Shown piece by piece: positions 17,494-26,021 of a stretch of DNA of 64,000 bases. The notes below the pieces were generated by a model. That model did not search any database and was not told where the DNA came from. It saw only the letters and a list, made by a program, of their open reading frames with translations. Source of the DNA: Bacteroidales bacterium (GTDB lineage: Bacteria > Bacteroidota > Bacteroidia > Bacteroidales > VadinHA17). The position numbers were made by a program, and so were the translations under genes. Positions within the stretch are counted from its first letter, which is position 1; every line of letters begins with the position of its first letter. The stretch covers positions 8,250 to 72,249 of the forward strand of contig DAOOUQ010000016.1 in assembly GCA_035390825.1 (NCBI GenBank), read 5' to 3'.

Positions 17494-19394
17494 TATCGTA
17501 TATTTAACAATTCAAGTATTCCTGCAGGTGATGAGAAATCGGGAATTATGAATCCGGCCCCGGCTTTTATGAGCCTGGTGCGTTTGGATTCGCTGAGCCC
17601 AAACCTGCGAAGCTCATTGGTCGCAACTCCAACAGTAATGCCGCCATGCTTGTGTGTTTCCCTTATCTCGACAGGACCATCGCCGAAAGTAACTATTGAG
17701 GGGGCTTCCGAATCTCCTATCTGGTTCAGTAGTCTGTCGAGAACATCTTTTTTTGCTTCCTTCCTGATATCCCCGGTAGCGCCATAGATCCTTCCTTCGA
17801 AAAAGTGATCATAACCAAGAATTGAGGCTTCATGTTTTACATCTTCCTCATCTGTCCCGCTAGTGAGACATAGCTTGATATTTTTATCATAAAGAAGTTT
17901 AAGAAAGCCGACCGATCCCTTGATTGTTAAATCATTAACACTAAGTTCCTTGTTATTCAGCTTGCTCTCCCGCTGCCTGACCATCTTCATTAATTCATCG
18001 TTATATAACTCCTTGTAGCCATGCTCGTCAAGAATCTGATCCTCCGGCACAAGGTCAAAATCCCTTACAAGATCGATAAGAAGCTTCATCTGTCTGAGTG
18101 TCTGAATACCTGTCGTCTTGTCGATAAGATCAAGTACAGCGGCTTTTACCCTCATGTAAAGTGACCTGTCGGCATCATCGTATCTGTCACCCATAACGGC
18201 TTTTATCATCACCGGGGCCATTATCTGTTCCCAGCCTTCACGGAGGGTGGATATTGTACCGTCGTTGTCGAAAATTGCATATCTGATCCGGGGCGGAACG
18301 GTCAATTTACTGATTATCTCTATCTCACTGTTACTGAAATACGAAGCCTGCCTTATGTCGTCGGCAAGATCCGGATTGTAGACATAATCAGGATCAGTGC
18401 CTATCTTAAGGATCTCTTCAGGAGATGCGGTCCCGGTAGTGAAAAGCTTTTGTATTGTAACTCCTGCGACAAAAGTCCCAAGCTCGGCTGCCGTTTCAAG
18501 TGAATATCCTGCCGCTATAGCTGCCGCTATCCCCGCCAGATAGCTGTCTCCTGCACCCACTGTGTCAGTCCGTGACAATATCATCAGCCCGTTCACTTCC
18601 AGAATGCCCTTATCATCAGAAATCAGTGAGCCGCGGCTTCCCCTGGTGATAAAGACAGGCTTCCCGTAACGTTGAAAGAGTCTTTCAGCTGCCTTTGTTA
18701 CTTCCCCGCAGGATGCCTCTTCGCCGGGCTCCTTTGTTATCCTGCATAGCCTTAATGCCTCTATATCATTCATTTTTCTGTAAGCCCCCCTGTATTCATC
18801 GCTGTAATTGCGGCTGTCGGCGATAAATATTTTTCCGGGGAAGAGGCTGATCACCCCGGTAAGGGCTTTTCGCAGATAAGGAGTGTGGATGCCTGAAAGG
18901 ACCTGCTGATTGATTATCACAAGGTCGACTTCCCCTGCTTCCTTTTTAAGATTATCAATGAGCCTGTCGGCAGTGGTGTTATCGAGACTGTTGTAGTTCC
19001 CGAAATCGATCCTGTTCTGTTCTTCATCACCTACATGTGGTTTTATATAGACATGAGTCGACCAGTTGTTCTTCTGGACAAGCATGTTACGGGTGTTGAC
19101 GCCTGTCTGTTCCAGGGTCCTTATCATTTCAGACCCGAACGGGTCCGGGCCGATGACGCCAAATGCCCTTATATCCTTTATTCCGAGAGCTGCCAGGTTG
19201 TTTGTGACATTCCCGGCTCCGCCAGGGGAATATTTCTGATATTTTACGGGTTCAGTCGGACGGCCGGTTTCGATCGATATTTCACTAAGCGCCTTGTCAA
19301 CGAACCAATAAGCATCAAGACAGAAATCGCCTATCACGGCAATTTTTACTTCAGAGATCTTTTTTAGCAGTTGCTCCAATGTTTCTGGTCTCAT
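17493..19394 (-). CDS. Fusion protein: PfkB-family sugar kinase (HldE/RfaE domain-I-like heptose-7-phosphate kinase) plus C-terminal HAD phosphatase
   Basis: In this 633-aa protein the N-terminal half matches the HldE kinase domain (VIGDFCLDAYW, PGGAGNV, DTVGAGDS, GVTIQKLFTTGTAS). The C-terminal half has HAD motifs (FDNDGT, LTSGT, GDGPVE). Confidence 0.75.
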   Translation of the reverse strand: MRPETLEQLLKKISEVKIAVIGDFCLDAYWFVDKALSEISIETGRPTEPVKYQKYSPGGAGNVTNNLAALGIKDIRAFGVIGPDPFGSEMIRTLEQTGVNTRNMLVQKNNWSTHVYIKPHVGDEEQNRIDFGNYNSLDNTTADRLIDNLKKEAGEVDLVIINQQVLSGIHTPYLRKALTGVISLFPGKIFIADSRNYSDEYRGAYRKMNDIEALRLCRITKEPGEEASCGEVTKAAERLFQRYGKPVFITRGSRGSLISDDKGILEVNGLMILSRTDTVGAGDSYLAGIAAAIAAGYSLETAAELGTFVAGVTIQKLFTTGTASPEEILKIGTDPDYVYNPDLADDIRQASYFSNSEIEIISKLTVPPRIRYAIFDNDGTISTLREGWEQIMAPVMIKAVMGDRYDDADRSLYMRVKAAVLDLIDKTTGIQTLRQMKLLIDLVRDFDLVPEDQILDEHGYKELYNDELMKMVRQRESKLNNKELSVNDLTIKGSVGFLKLLYDKNIKLCLTSGTDEEDVKHEASILGYDHFFEGRIYGATGDIRKEAKKDVLDRLLNQIGDSEAPSIVTFGDGPVEIRETHKHGGITVGVATNELRRFGLSESKRTRLIKAGAGFIIPDFSSPAGILELLNIR

Positions 19395-19406
19395 GGACAG
19401 ATTGTT

Positions 19407-20069
19407 TTATTTTCCATAGAAATGATTTTCAACCAACTGGCAAAGGGTGTGCAGCACAGGCAGATGTAGTTCCTGGACAAGGGCAGTGTTGCTTTCGGGA
19501 ACATTGATGAGGATGTCACAAAAATGCCTCATCTTCCCCCCTGATTCGCCGGTCAGTCCAACGACATTCATATTCAGAGCCTTAGCGGTAATGCAGGCAT
19601 TTGTGACATTTGGAGAGTTCCCTGAGGTGCTTATTGCGATCAGAATATCATTCTCGTTGCCATATCCGATTATCTGCTGTGCATAGACCATATCATACCC
19701 GATATCGTTGGATATTGCCGAGGTAAGCGCAGTCTGGGATGAAAGGCAGATTGCCGGCAGGGCATGTTCGAGCTTTGATCCCAGTATCTTTCCACCGGTG
19801 CCGCCGATTTCTTCAAGTCTTTGCTTCAAACTGTCGTCAAGAGGTCTGGGAAGTTCAAAGGTCTTCATCAGCTCTCCTGTTGCATGTTCTGCATCGGAAC
19901 TGCTTCCTCCGTTGCCGCAAAGCAAAATCTTACCGCCTGAAGAATAGCAGGAGATCATCGTATCAGCCGCACGGGAAATTGAATTCATGACAGTTGAAAG
20001 CTTGGGATGTCGCTGAAGCAGCCCCTCTGTTACAGGATCAGTTTTCATACCTTTAGGATTAATCACCAT
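19407..20069 (-). CDS. SIS domain protein, GmhA-like (sedoheptulose-7-phosphate isomerase family)
   Basis: The 220-aa protein has GGKILLCGNGGSSSDAEHATGEL, ISTSGNSPNV, LTGESGGKM and QELHLPVLH motifs. These align with E. coli GmhA, with an insertion of roughly 25 aa. Confidence 0.8.
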   Translation of the reverse strand: MVINPKGMKTDPVTEGLLQRHPKLSTVMNSISRAADTMISCYSSGGKILLCGNGGSSSDAEHATGELMKTFELPRPLDDSLKQRLEEIGGTGGKILGSKLEHALPAICLSSQTALTSAISNDIGYDMVYAQQIIGYGNENDILIAISTSGNSPNVTNACITAKALNMNVVGLTGESGGKMRHFCDILINVPESNTALVQELHLPVLHTLCQLVENHFYGK

Positions 20070-20180
20070 AAATGTATAATTTTATTTTGTGGATTGCTTA
20101 TATTTTTGAGAAAGGCAGTTTTCAGACGGCAGTCAACAAAAGTAATGACAGGGCAGATGGCTCTTGCAAAACCTTCAGCA

Positions 20181-20222
20181 CAAAACACGAAACGAGAAAC
20201 ACAAAACACAAGACACAAAATA
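20181..20222. repeat. Six degenerate 7-nt tandem repeats (CRARACR) in the leader of the DUF3788-like gene
   Basis: The repeats read caaaaca cgaaacg agaaaca caaaaca caagaca caaaata and end 2 nt before the ATG at 20225. Confidence 0.8.
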
Positions 20223-20224
20223 TT

Positions 20225-20656
20225 ATGACTGAAAAATCGACTCCGGTCCTGACCGACAAATCCGTTTACCCAACAGACGACATCCTGTTTTCTGTCACTG
20301 GAGGCAATATGAATACATGGAATAAGATCATCAGAAATGCCGAAGGCAAATACTCTGGCATAACGAAGGAATGGCGCTATTACAACGACGGGAAGCAGTG
20401 GCTTTTCAAACTGCAGCATAAGAAGAAGACAGTCTTCTGGTCGTCAGTTGAGGGCAATACCTTCAGGATAACCTTTTATTTCGGGAACAAGTCGGAACCT
20501 GTCATTGAGGAAAGTGATCTTCCCGGCACAATAAAGGATCAGTTCAGGTCGGCAAAGACCTTCGGCAATATGCGGCCCGTGACGTTCATCATTTCGGATA
20601 ATATGGATATCGATCCGATTCTTAAATTGATTGACCTTAAAACAAGGATTAAATAA
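20225..20656 (+). CDS. DUF3788-like protein
   Basis: The ORF-track frame opens at 20072, but the first 51 codons cover the A/C-rich repeat leader. The ATG at 20225 gives a 143-aa product (WRYYNDGKQWLFKL...TFRITFYFG) typical of the family. Confidence 0.5.
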   Translation: MTEKSTPVLTDKSVYPTDDILFSVTGGNMNTWNKIIRNAEGKYSGITKEWRYYNDGKQWLFKLQHKKKTVFWSSVEGNTFRITFYFGNKSEPVIEESDLPGTIKDQFRSAKTFGNMRPVTFIISDNMDIDPILKLIDLKTRIK

Positions 20657-20716
20657 TACAAGGCATGCAGCGCGCGGTTTGAGATGCCGGTAACGGTTCC
20701 GGGCACTGTTCACGTC

Positions 20717-21541
20717 TCAGGTCTTCAGACTGCCGTCTTCCTTATATGCATCAAGCGCCTTCTTCACTGATCCGTGCAGGAGGAGCAGCTTTCTTGAAGT
20801 TTCAGGATCGAGGCCGAGTTCATCAGAAATCATTTTTATGCCTCGACGGATAAGTTTCTGGTTCGTGAGTTGCATGTTCACCATTTTGTTACCCTTTACC
20901 CTTCCCAGCCTGATCATGGTGGATGTGGTAATCATATTAAGGACAAGTTTCTGTGCTGTTCCTGCCTTCATCCTTGTGCTTCCCGTCACGAATTCAGGTC
21001 CCGTTACAACTTCTATTGCAACATCTGCCTGAGCGGCGACAGGTGTTCCTGTGTTACATGTTATTGCCCCCGTGAATAGTCCGTTGTCCCTTGCCCTTTT
21101 GAGTGCTCCTGCCACATACGGAGTGGTTCCTGATGCAGCTATGCCTACTACTGTATCAAGGGGTGTAGGGTTGAATGCAAGTATGTCTTTCCATCCCAGT
21201 TCTTCGTTGTCTTCAGCCATTTCTACCGCTTTTCTTATTGCTCCGTCGCCTCCGGCGATGAGCCCGATTACGAATCCATGGTCCAGACCGAACGTGGGTG
21301 GTACCTCTGAGGCATCAACTATTCCGAGTCTGCCGCTTGTTCCGGCTCCTATGTAGAACAGTCTTCCGCCCTTTTTCATCCTGGCGACTATTGCCTCAAC
21401 AAGCTTTTCAATCTGCGGTATCGCTTCTCTGACGACTAAAGCGACTTTCTGGTCCTCGGTATTAATTGATTCGAGGAGTTCCCGTACACTCTTTTTTTCA
21501 AGGTCGTTGTATAATGATTCTGATTCTGTGATGCTTATCAT
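20717..21541 (-). CDS. murQ: N-acetylmuramic acid 6-phosphate etherase
   Basis: The protein has a SIS domain with GGRLFYIGAGTSGRLG, DASEVPPTFG and GSTRMKAGTAQK. Family homology starts at M35 of the 308-aa ORF (MISITESE...), and the upstream extension covers an intergenic repeat. Confidence 0.85.
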   Translation of the reverse strand: MISITESESLYNDLEKKSVRELLESINTEDQKVALVVREAIPQIEKLVEAIVARMKKGGRLFYIGAGTSGRLGIVDASEVPPTFGLDHGFVIGLIAGGDGAIRKAVEMAEDNEELGWKDILAFNPTPLDTVVGIAASGTTPYVAGALKRARDNGLFTGAITCNTGTPVAAQADVAIEVVTGPEFVTGSTRMKAGTAQKLVLNMITTSTMIRLGRVKGNKMVNMQLTNQKLIRRGIKMISDELGLDPETSRKLLLLHGSVKKALDAYKEDGSLKT

Positions 21542-21647
21542 ATGTAAAGATTTATGTTGCATGTTCCAGGTTACAGGTTTTGCCAACTGCCCGGGCACCG
21601 TCGCTCCCTCGCTCTCCCGACTCTTCCAGCCTCGTCCATTCAACCTT

Positions 21648-22487
21648 TCAACCTTTATGATACTTTATCAATCCACCTATCGGTCCCTGTGCAATTGTCA
21701 TTATCCTGAATCCATTTTTTTCGAGGACTTCCTCAAGGATCGGCCTGAAATGCCATGCCACCGATCCTGTAACTGCAATTTCAGTTCCTTCAGGAAGGTT
21801 ATAAAGTTTTAGATTCCGGTTAACGAATTCCTGAAGGGAATTTCTGACAAGGTCGCTGCAATATGATTCATTGATGAAATCATTGAGGAACCTGACAAAT
21901 TCACCAATGAAACGGCTGGGGAAGACGCCTCTGTAGACGTGGCTTACAATATCGTCCTTTTCAGCTCCGTATCTTTTCCTGAATTCTTCAGAAAGCCCGG
22001 GAGGCATTATGCCTCTGAGAAAATCGGCAAGCAGGCGTTTCCCAAGGTATGCCCCGCTTCCTTCATCACCGAGAATAAATCCAAGCGGAGGTACATTCTT
22101 CTTGATATTTTTTCCGTCGTAATACCCTGAATTTGATCCTGTGCCAATCATGCAGACAAAGCCTTCGTTATTGCCGAGCAATCCTCTTGCGGCGCCGGTG
22201 AGATCGGAAAAGACAAAAATCTCGGGTCCAGGCAGCGCTGACCTGATGGCATTCCTTACCTTATCTTCCATTGCCTTGCCAGCACATCCCGCACCGTAGA
22301 AAAAAACATCTGAGATTTCAGGATAACGAAGCCCGGGGAGTACTTCGGAGATGATAACCCGACGGAAATCATCTTCCGATACAAAATTGGGATTCAACCC
22401 TATTGTCGGAACAATTTCTGTTTCCTCATTCCTTGAAACAGCACACCATTGAGTCTTTGTTCCTCCGCTTTCTGCTATAAGTTTCAT
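21648..22487 (-). CDS. BadF/BadG/BcrA/BcrD-type ATPase, N-acetylglucosamine/MurNAc kinase-like
   Basis: The 279-aa protein has an N-terminal ESGGTKTQW phosphate-1 motif and GTGSNS. It lies upstream of murQ. Confidence 0.7.
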   Translation of the reverse strand: MKLIAESGGTKTQWCAVSRNEETEIVPTIGLNPNFVSEDDFRRVIISEVLPGLRYPEISDVFFYGAGCAGKAMEDKVRNAIRSALPGPEIFVFSDLTGAARGLLGNNEGFVCMIGTGSNSGYYDGKNIKKNVPPLGFILGDEGSGAYLGKRLLADFLRGIMPPGLSEEFRKRYGAEKDDIVSHVYRGVFPSRFIGEFVRFLNDFINESYCSDLVRNSLQEFVNRNLKLYNLPEGTEIAVTGSVAWHFRPILEEVLEKNGFRIMTIAQGPIGGLIKYHKG

Positions 22488-22831
22488 TAAACAAAAATAA
22501 TAAAAGATGCCATATCCCCTTCAAATCTCACAAACGTTTTCATCAGTGTTCACCAGTGTAATCAGTGGCTCTTTTTTTCATCCATCATTATTGTTTTTGT
22601 CCTAATTCATCTTTTTGGCTTATCGGGTCTATATATATAATTAGTAATGCTAACCAGGATGCTTTGCTGCGAAATATAAATCAGTCTCTATGGTTGGTGA
22701 GACAAATCATTTTGCCGGGTCATGAATATTTTAACAACCCCTTCACTCGGCATGCCATTTACTAAGTATAAATACTCATCCCAAAATGGGTACTAACCCT
22801 CTTACAGTTGTGTGTTGAAAAAAATACTTTT

Positions 22832-22849
22832 GTGTGAATAAATTAACAA
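22832..22849. promoter_or_regulatory. Candidate Rex-type operator GTGTGAATAAATTAACAA upstream of the Hdr-like operon
   Basis: It is identical at 16 of 18 positions to the perfect palindrome at 4540-4557. Its half-sites are GTGTGAA and TTAACAA, and it ends 20 nt before the ATG at 22870. Confidence 0.4.
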
Positions 22850-22869
22850 ACACTGTAGTTCCCGGTCAG

Positions 22870-23580
22870 ATGGAGAATTATCATGAACTTCTGAAGCAGG
22901 ATGTAAGGTTTGAGGAGGGTCTCAATGCATGCATGAATTGCGGGGTATGCACTGCCATATGTCCGGCGGCTGAATTTTACGACTATGATCCGCGGAAAAT
23001 TGTGGATCTTGTTCAGTCCGGCGACAATGCTGAAATTGAAAAGCTTCTTAAATCCGAGACCATCTGGTACTGCGGCGAATGCATGTCGTGCAAGACAAGG
23101 TGTCCAAGGGGAAACACTCCTGCCCTTGTTATTATGGCGCTCCGCACTCTTTCGCAGAAACTCGGTTTTTTCACGGAGTCGGAAAAAGGCCGCCAGCAGT
23201 TTGCCATAAAACGGACAGTGGGTGAAAATATCTTCAAATACGGTTATTGTGTAGCCGCTTATGCCGTTAGCCCTGAATTGCACCCCGAGCAGGGACCAGT
23301 CTGGAAATACGTGATCGAAAATTCGCATGAGGTGTTTGAACGCCTTGGCGGGAAAATAGATGAATACGGCGCAGGTCCTCTACGGAAGATTCCTGAGGAC
23401 GCAAAGGAAGAACTTAAAAAGATATTTGAAGTGACAGGAGGGATGGAAATGTTTGATATGATTGAAGAACATTCAAAGAAGAAAGCTGCGGAAATGGGAT
23501 TGCAGATCGATGATGAAGGAATTGATAACGAGTATTTTATAGAAGTTTATACTGCCAATAACGGCAAGCATACAACCTGA
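22870..23580 (+). CDS. HdrC-like 4Fe-4S dicluster protein with an uncharacterised C-terminal extension
   Basis: CMNCGVCTAICP and CGECMSCKTRCP motifs are followed by about 130 aa of unassigned sequence. The ORF track offers an alternative GTG start at 22834, which lies inside the candidate operator. Confidence 0.7.
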   Translation: MENYHELLKQDVRFEEGLNACMNCGVCTAICPAAEFYDYDPRKIVDLVQSGDNAEIEKLLKSETIWYCGECMSCKTRCPRGNTPALVIMALRTLSQKLGFFTESEKGRQQFAIKRTVGENIFKYGYCVAAYAVSPELHPEQGPVWKYVIENSHEVFERLGGKIDEYGAGPLRKIPEDAKEELKKIFEVTGGMEMFDMIEEHSKKKAAEMGLQIDDEGIDNEYFIEVYTANNGKHTT

Positions 23581-23592
23581 AACTGCTTGACT

Positions 23593-24654
23593 ATGGTAAA
23601 TGAAGGTAAAAAAAGGGTATGGTCTGAATATCAGAAGGAAATTGCTGATGATCATTTCTTTTATGTGAGATCATGCATCAGGCAGAGCTTTTATCCCGGG
23701 TCGGAACAGTTTTTTCTGAATTTCCTGCGCAATGATCTGGGGAAAGATGTGTACGAGAATCCGTCTCATACAACCTGCACAGGGATTGGTTATCATGGTG
23801 ACATAGTCCCGTTTTCAACTACTCAGACAGTGGTGGCACGTCATTTTGCCCTGATGAAGGAATCAGGTTATAAGAATATTGCAATATCATGTGTTACCTC
23901 ATTCGGGATTTATACAGAAATTCTTGAGACCTGGAAGCATTTTCCCGCAGAGCTTGAAAAGACTCGCGAATACCTTTTCAAAGCAACCGGCAGGGAGTTC
24001 GATATTCCTGAAAATATGGCTCATACAAGTGACATAATATATAAATTCAGGAATGAGATAACTGCAAAAATCAAATATCCTCTGATAAACAGGCTGACCG
24101 GAAAACCACTGAAAGTTGTTGAACACATCGGGTGCCATTATGCCAAGATGTTCCCGAAACATGGGGTGGGAGGGGCCGAGTTTCCCCGCGTGTTAAGCGG
24201 TATGGCCGAAGCATGGGGAGGAGAGGTTGTTGATTATCCCGAAAGACGTCATTGCTGCGGATTTGGTTTCCGGCAGTATCTTGTTCAGGCTAACAGGGGC
24301 TATTCACTTTCGAATACGGTGAAGAAGTTCGAGTCGATGAAACCATATGAACCCGACCTGGTACTTACTAATTGCCCGGGTTGCAACATGTTCATGGACA
24401 AATGGCAGTATACTGCAAAGGAAATGGAAGGCATGACCTTCGGCTCAAACGGGCAGTCAATACCGGTGCTGACATATGAAGAGCTGGCCGGGCTTGTCCT
24501 TGGATACAATCCGTGGGATCTAGGGCTTCAGTACCATATGGTCCAGTCGGAACCTCTTCTCAGGAAGATGGGAATAGAAGTCGACAGCGGGGATAAATAC
24601 CGTACCAGGGACGGACGACAGATGCCAATTCCTAAAAATCTCATAAATGCCTGA
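23593..24654 (+). CDS. HdrB-like CCG-domain protein
   Basis: It has a canonical C-terminal CCG domain (RRHCCGFGF ... TNCPGC) and a degenerate N-terminal copy (HTTCTGIG). The ATG at 23593 is preferred over the TTG at 23587. Confidence 0.75.
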   Translation: MVNEGKKRVWSEYQKEIADDHFFYVRSCIRQSFYPGSEQFFLNFLRNDLGKDVYENPSHTTCTGIGYHGDIVPFSTTQTVVARHFALMKESGYKNIAISCVTSFGIYTEILETWKHFPAELEKTREYLFKATGREFDIPENMAHTSDIIYKFRNEITAKIKYPLINRLTGKPLKVVEHIGCHYAKMFPKHGVGGAEFPRVLSGMAEAWGGEVVDYPERRHCCGFGFRQYLVQANRGYSLSNTVKKFESMKPYEPDLVLTNCPGCNMFMDKWQYTAKEMEGMTFGSNGQSIPVLTYEELAGLVLGYNPWDLGLQYHMVQSEPLLRKMGIEVDSGDKYRTRDGRQMPIPKNLINA

Positions 24655-25675
24655 TATGAAAGGAAGTGTTATAGTGGTCGGGGGAGGAACTGCAGGCATG
24701 GAAGCTGCAGGCCGGCTGGCTGAAGAAGGATTTTCAGTGACACTCATCGAAAAGGAAAAAGAACTTGGCGGCCATTTAAGGGAATGGCATCACCTTTTTC
24801 CCGACCGGCGCCCGGGAAGCGAGGTTATGTCGTATCTAAAAAAGCGTATCGAAAAGGTAAATGTTATCACCGGGACAACAGTCGAATCTTTTCACAAAAA
24901 AGGACGTGAATTCATTGTCAGTACAGGCAACGGAAATTCGATTCATGGTGATGCAATGCTTCTTACAACAGGATTCGACCTTTTCAGGAGCGAAAGGAAG
25001 GAAGAATACGGCTATGGTATCTACGAAAACGTCATTACTTCTGCGGACCTCGAGATGATGTTCACCAAAAAAAGCGTCAGGCTGAAAAATGGTGAAAAAC
25101 CGGAAAGGATAGGATTGCTTCACTGTGTGGGGTCGAGAGATGAAAAAGCAGGTAATCTTTATTGTTCAAAATTATGCTGTGTCACTGCCGTGAAGCAGGC
25201 AATAGAGCTCAGGGAAACACTTGGCGACAGCAAGGTCTTCTGCTTCTATATGGATATGAGGATGGGAGGAGCTTTGTATGAAGAGCTTTACAGGGAGGCA
25301 CAGGAGAAATACGGCATTGGATTTATAAGAGGAAAAATATCCGAGGTAAGTACGAACATTAATAACAGACTGGTGGTCAAGGCCGAAGATACTCTTGCGG
25401 GACGACCTCTCAGAATGGAACTCGACATGCTTGTTCTTATGGCAGGAATGGAAATGTCGCAGACAGGGACCAGACTGGCCGAATCGGGGAACCTGAAAAC
25501 CGGTGAAAACAGGTTTTTTGCACCGGCCGACCATCATTTCGGAAGCAATAAAAGCAACGTGAAAGGGATTTTCTATGCCGGGACCTGCACTGCACCAATG
25601 AATATTACCGAAACGATATCCCATGCACGGAGTGCTGCTGCCGATATTGCCGGGTATCTGAAAAACAGCAAATGA
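24647..25675 (+). CDS. HdrA-like FAD-dependent oxidoreductase, short form
   Basis: The 342-aa protein has the VIVVGGGTAGMEAAGRLAEEG dinucleotide fold and the HdrA signature HCVGSRD...YCSKLCC. It lacks the ferredoxin and MvhD-type extra domains. It overlaps the HdrB-like stop by 8 nt. Confidence 0.8.
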   Translation: MPDMKGSVIVVGGGTAGMEAAGRLAEEGFSVTLIEKEKELGGHLREWHHLFPDRRPGSEVMSYLKKRIEKVNVITGTTVESFHKKGREFIVSTGNGNSIHGDAMLLTTGFDLFRSERKEEYGYGIYENVITSADLEMMFTKKSVRLKNGEKPERIGLLHCVGSRDEKAGNLYCSKLCCVTAVKQAIELRETLGDSKVFCFYMDMRMGGALYEELYREAQEKYGIGFIRGKISEVSTNINNRLVVKAEDTLAGRPLRMELDMLVLMAGMEMSQTGTRLAESGNLKTGENRFFAPADHHFGSNKSNVKGIFYAGTCTAPMNITETISHARSAAADIAGYLKNSK

Positions 25676-25676
25676 T

Positions 25677-26021
25677 ATGGAGAAATTTGGCTTTTCACTT
25701 CAGAAGGCACGTGTCATAAACTATGATTCGAACGACAGATCAATTGTTGATTATGTCATCGGGAGGGAACCAAGCCTGAAGCTTTGCATCGAATGCGGAG
25801 GCTGTTCTGCTACATGTACCACAGGCATGTTCACTCATTTCAGCCTGAGGGAAATGAATATTCTCCTGAAGAGGGGAGAGAATAAAGAGGTCAGGAATAA
25901 AATTAAACAATGCATGCTTTGCGGTAAGTGCATTCTTGTATGTCCGCGCGGTGTAAATACACGGAACGTGGTATTTCTTGCAAAACAGGCATTTCAAAAA
26001 TACAGCACCCATGCAGTTTGA
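25677..26021 (+). CDS. Small 2x[4Fe-4S] ferredoxin-like protein (HdrC-type)
   Basis: The 114-aa protein has CIECGGCSATC and CMLCGKCILVCP motifs. Confidence 0.7.
   Translation: MEKFGFSLQKARVINYDSNDRSIVDYVIGREPSLKLCIECGGCSATCTTGMFTHFSLREMNILLKRGENKEVRNKIKQCMLCGKCILVCPRGVNTRNVVFLAKQAFQKYSTHAV

Noticed and set aside
20181-20222. Possibility that the short tandem repeats represent a CRISPR array or minisatellite
   Set aside because: The units are only 7 nt, are contiguous without spacers, and have 3-6 copies. There are no cas genes in the window.
20072-20224. Upstream 51 codons of the DUF3788-like ORF
   Set aside because: This region consists of the A/C-rich heptad repeat leader. The family-like sequence begins after the ATG at 20225.
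21542-21643. N-terminal 34-codon extension of the murQ ORF
   Set aside because: MurQ-family homology begins at MISITESE. The extension covers the dispersed CCCTCGCTCTCCCG motif and would nearly abut the upstream gene.
22565-22765. 66-aa ORF in the 346-bp intergenic region upstream of the Hdr-like operon
   Set aside because: It has no recognisable motifs and an AT-rich, promoter-like composition. It is probably non-coding, and I also could not recognise a riboswitch fold by eye.
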